Source of the DNA: Octopus bimaculoides
Taxonomy: Eukaryota
DNA: 33,102 nt
Assembly: GCF_001194135.2 (NCBI RefSeq)
Contig: NC_068998.1
Span: 42,967,303 to 43,000,404, forward strand
Direction: 5' to 3'
Part shown: piece by piece, positions 31,761 to 33,102 of the stretch
How the letters are laid out: each line of letters begins with the position of its first letter
Position numbering within the stretch: the first letter of the stretch is position 1
Program-made: the position numbers and the translations under genes
Notes under the pieces: generated by a model
The model's database searches: none
Seen by the model: the letters and a program-made list of their open reading frames with translations, nothing else
What the model was told of the DNA's origin: nothing

Positions 31761-32321
31761 TCCTGTATTAAGTTGCCCAGGCAGCAGCAACACGACCATG
31801 ATTTCATGTAAAACATGTACCTGTAACCAACTCAGCATCAGGGCCTCGACTTCTTGATGCAGTATTTCAACTACTGTGTTGACTACAAACTGGTATTATT
31901 ATTCTTGTGTCTATGAACTTGCTTCACACTTCAATAGCTATAGAATCTCACTGACATCCTCATTGTCATCCTTATATGTTCTTAACACACACATACATCT
32001 ATGTCTACACACACACATTTTGTTCTCATGGCAGCCTGTCTATTATTCTGTATACATGATACACGCACAGACACACATTTTAACATACCAATAAATACTA
32101 TATTAATCATTCTACACGGTTGTGTTTTTTTGTTTTTTTTCATCTTTCAATTATTTGTACTGTTCCAATTTCTCTTTCTTGTATCAGCTATGTGATGTAG
32201 TACTAAAAAGCCGCTCTCTCTCACCTCACATCATGCGGTCCCTTACACTAACAACAGGGTTAAAAGTATTTAATTTGTGTGACTTAAATCTTAACTGGAG
32301 ATACAACAGAAGTCAACGAAC

Positions 32322-32348
32322 AGGTCACAGAACACAGGTCAAAGGTCA
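32322..32348 (+). promoter_or_regulatory. Candidate nuclear-receptor response element (perfect DR1 plus an upstream half-site)
   Basis: AGGTCA at 32322-32327, then AGGTCA-A-AGGTCA at 32336-32348. Confidence 0.45.
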
Positions 32349-33047
32349 AACAGAGTTGCAATGAGAAACTTTTGTAAAATTCTCTACAGTATTTGGTCAT
32401 GGTTCTTCATGGTCTAAATTTCAAAATCTTCCTTTTAGCCACTCAATTCGAACCAGTCAAGTGCAGGAGTCAAATCGCAAGTGAAAGACAATAACCGGTG
32501 CAAGTGAACAAATATCAAAAATAATTCTTAAATTATATCTAAGCAACAATATCAAATACAGATGTCTGCGGATTAAAAACATCTGAAGAATTGTCTGCCA
32601 TAGCAATGAATTATTGCATTAAAAGATAAAAGACTGCCATGATTTTTGCTTTGTTTCAATTTAGTTTTCCTATAATTGTCTCCTGATTCTTTGCTCACTA
32701 ATTCTGTCATTTTTGATTACTTTTCAAAAATATATATCTACCATTTCCATCTTCTCATATTGTTATCCCTCTCATTATTTTCCATCTCTGCTTTCGCACC
32801 ACCACCCCCTTTCATATTCTCACCCCTTTTGTTCTTTCTTTCTTTCTTTCTTTCTTTCATAACTTCCTTCTTCCTCTCTTTCACTGCTTCATTGTCTTCT
32901 ACCTTTTCCAATCATCCATTCACTCTCTTTCTCTCAAAATAGTTGATATCAATTCATTAATGCCAATCTAAGTAGGTTTGTATACATACATACTTTCACA
33001 TACACACACTCACATAATAAGCATATGTGTGTGTAGACTTATGTATA

Positions 33048-33097
<50 letters not shown>

Positions 33098-33102
33098 TAT
33101 AT

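Noticed and set aside
1-33102. A novel multi-gene system (defence island, operon, virus)
   Set aside because: No prokaryotic or viral gene organisation; all recognisable coding remnants are decayed transposon fragments.

Overview
Eukaryotic, AT-rich, repeat-dense and essentially non-coding DNA from a gapped draft assembly: 10 N-gaps totalling about 4.6 kb, most abutting microsatellites. The SINE families and the very high load of (TA)n/(CA)n/(GATA)n/(ATC)n repeats resemble an octopus (coleoid cephalopod) genome; that is my recognition, not a database result. I find no intact protein-coding gene. The long ORFs in the track come from gaps and microsatellites. Supported content: about 20 tRNA-derived SINE copies or fragments (working names A, B, C, E, F), a separate retroposon 3' end (D), four different RTE-clade LINE 3' fragments, two decayed Tc1/mariner-superfamily transposases of different lineages, and a piggyBac-like MITE. 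Best leads: (1) a 466-bp fold-back insertion with a 14-bp target duplication that splits a SINE at 22943-23436; (2) three head/tail-swapped SINE chimeras and a five-SINE head-to-tail chain; (3) a candidate signal-peptide exon on the minus strand at 14681-14809 that the ORF track misses; (4) a 98%-identical inverted SINE pair that could form dsRNA; (5) a perfect DR1 nuclear-receptor site cluster. Nothing here demonstrates a new biological system; these are leads to test.
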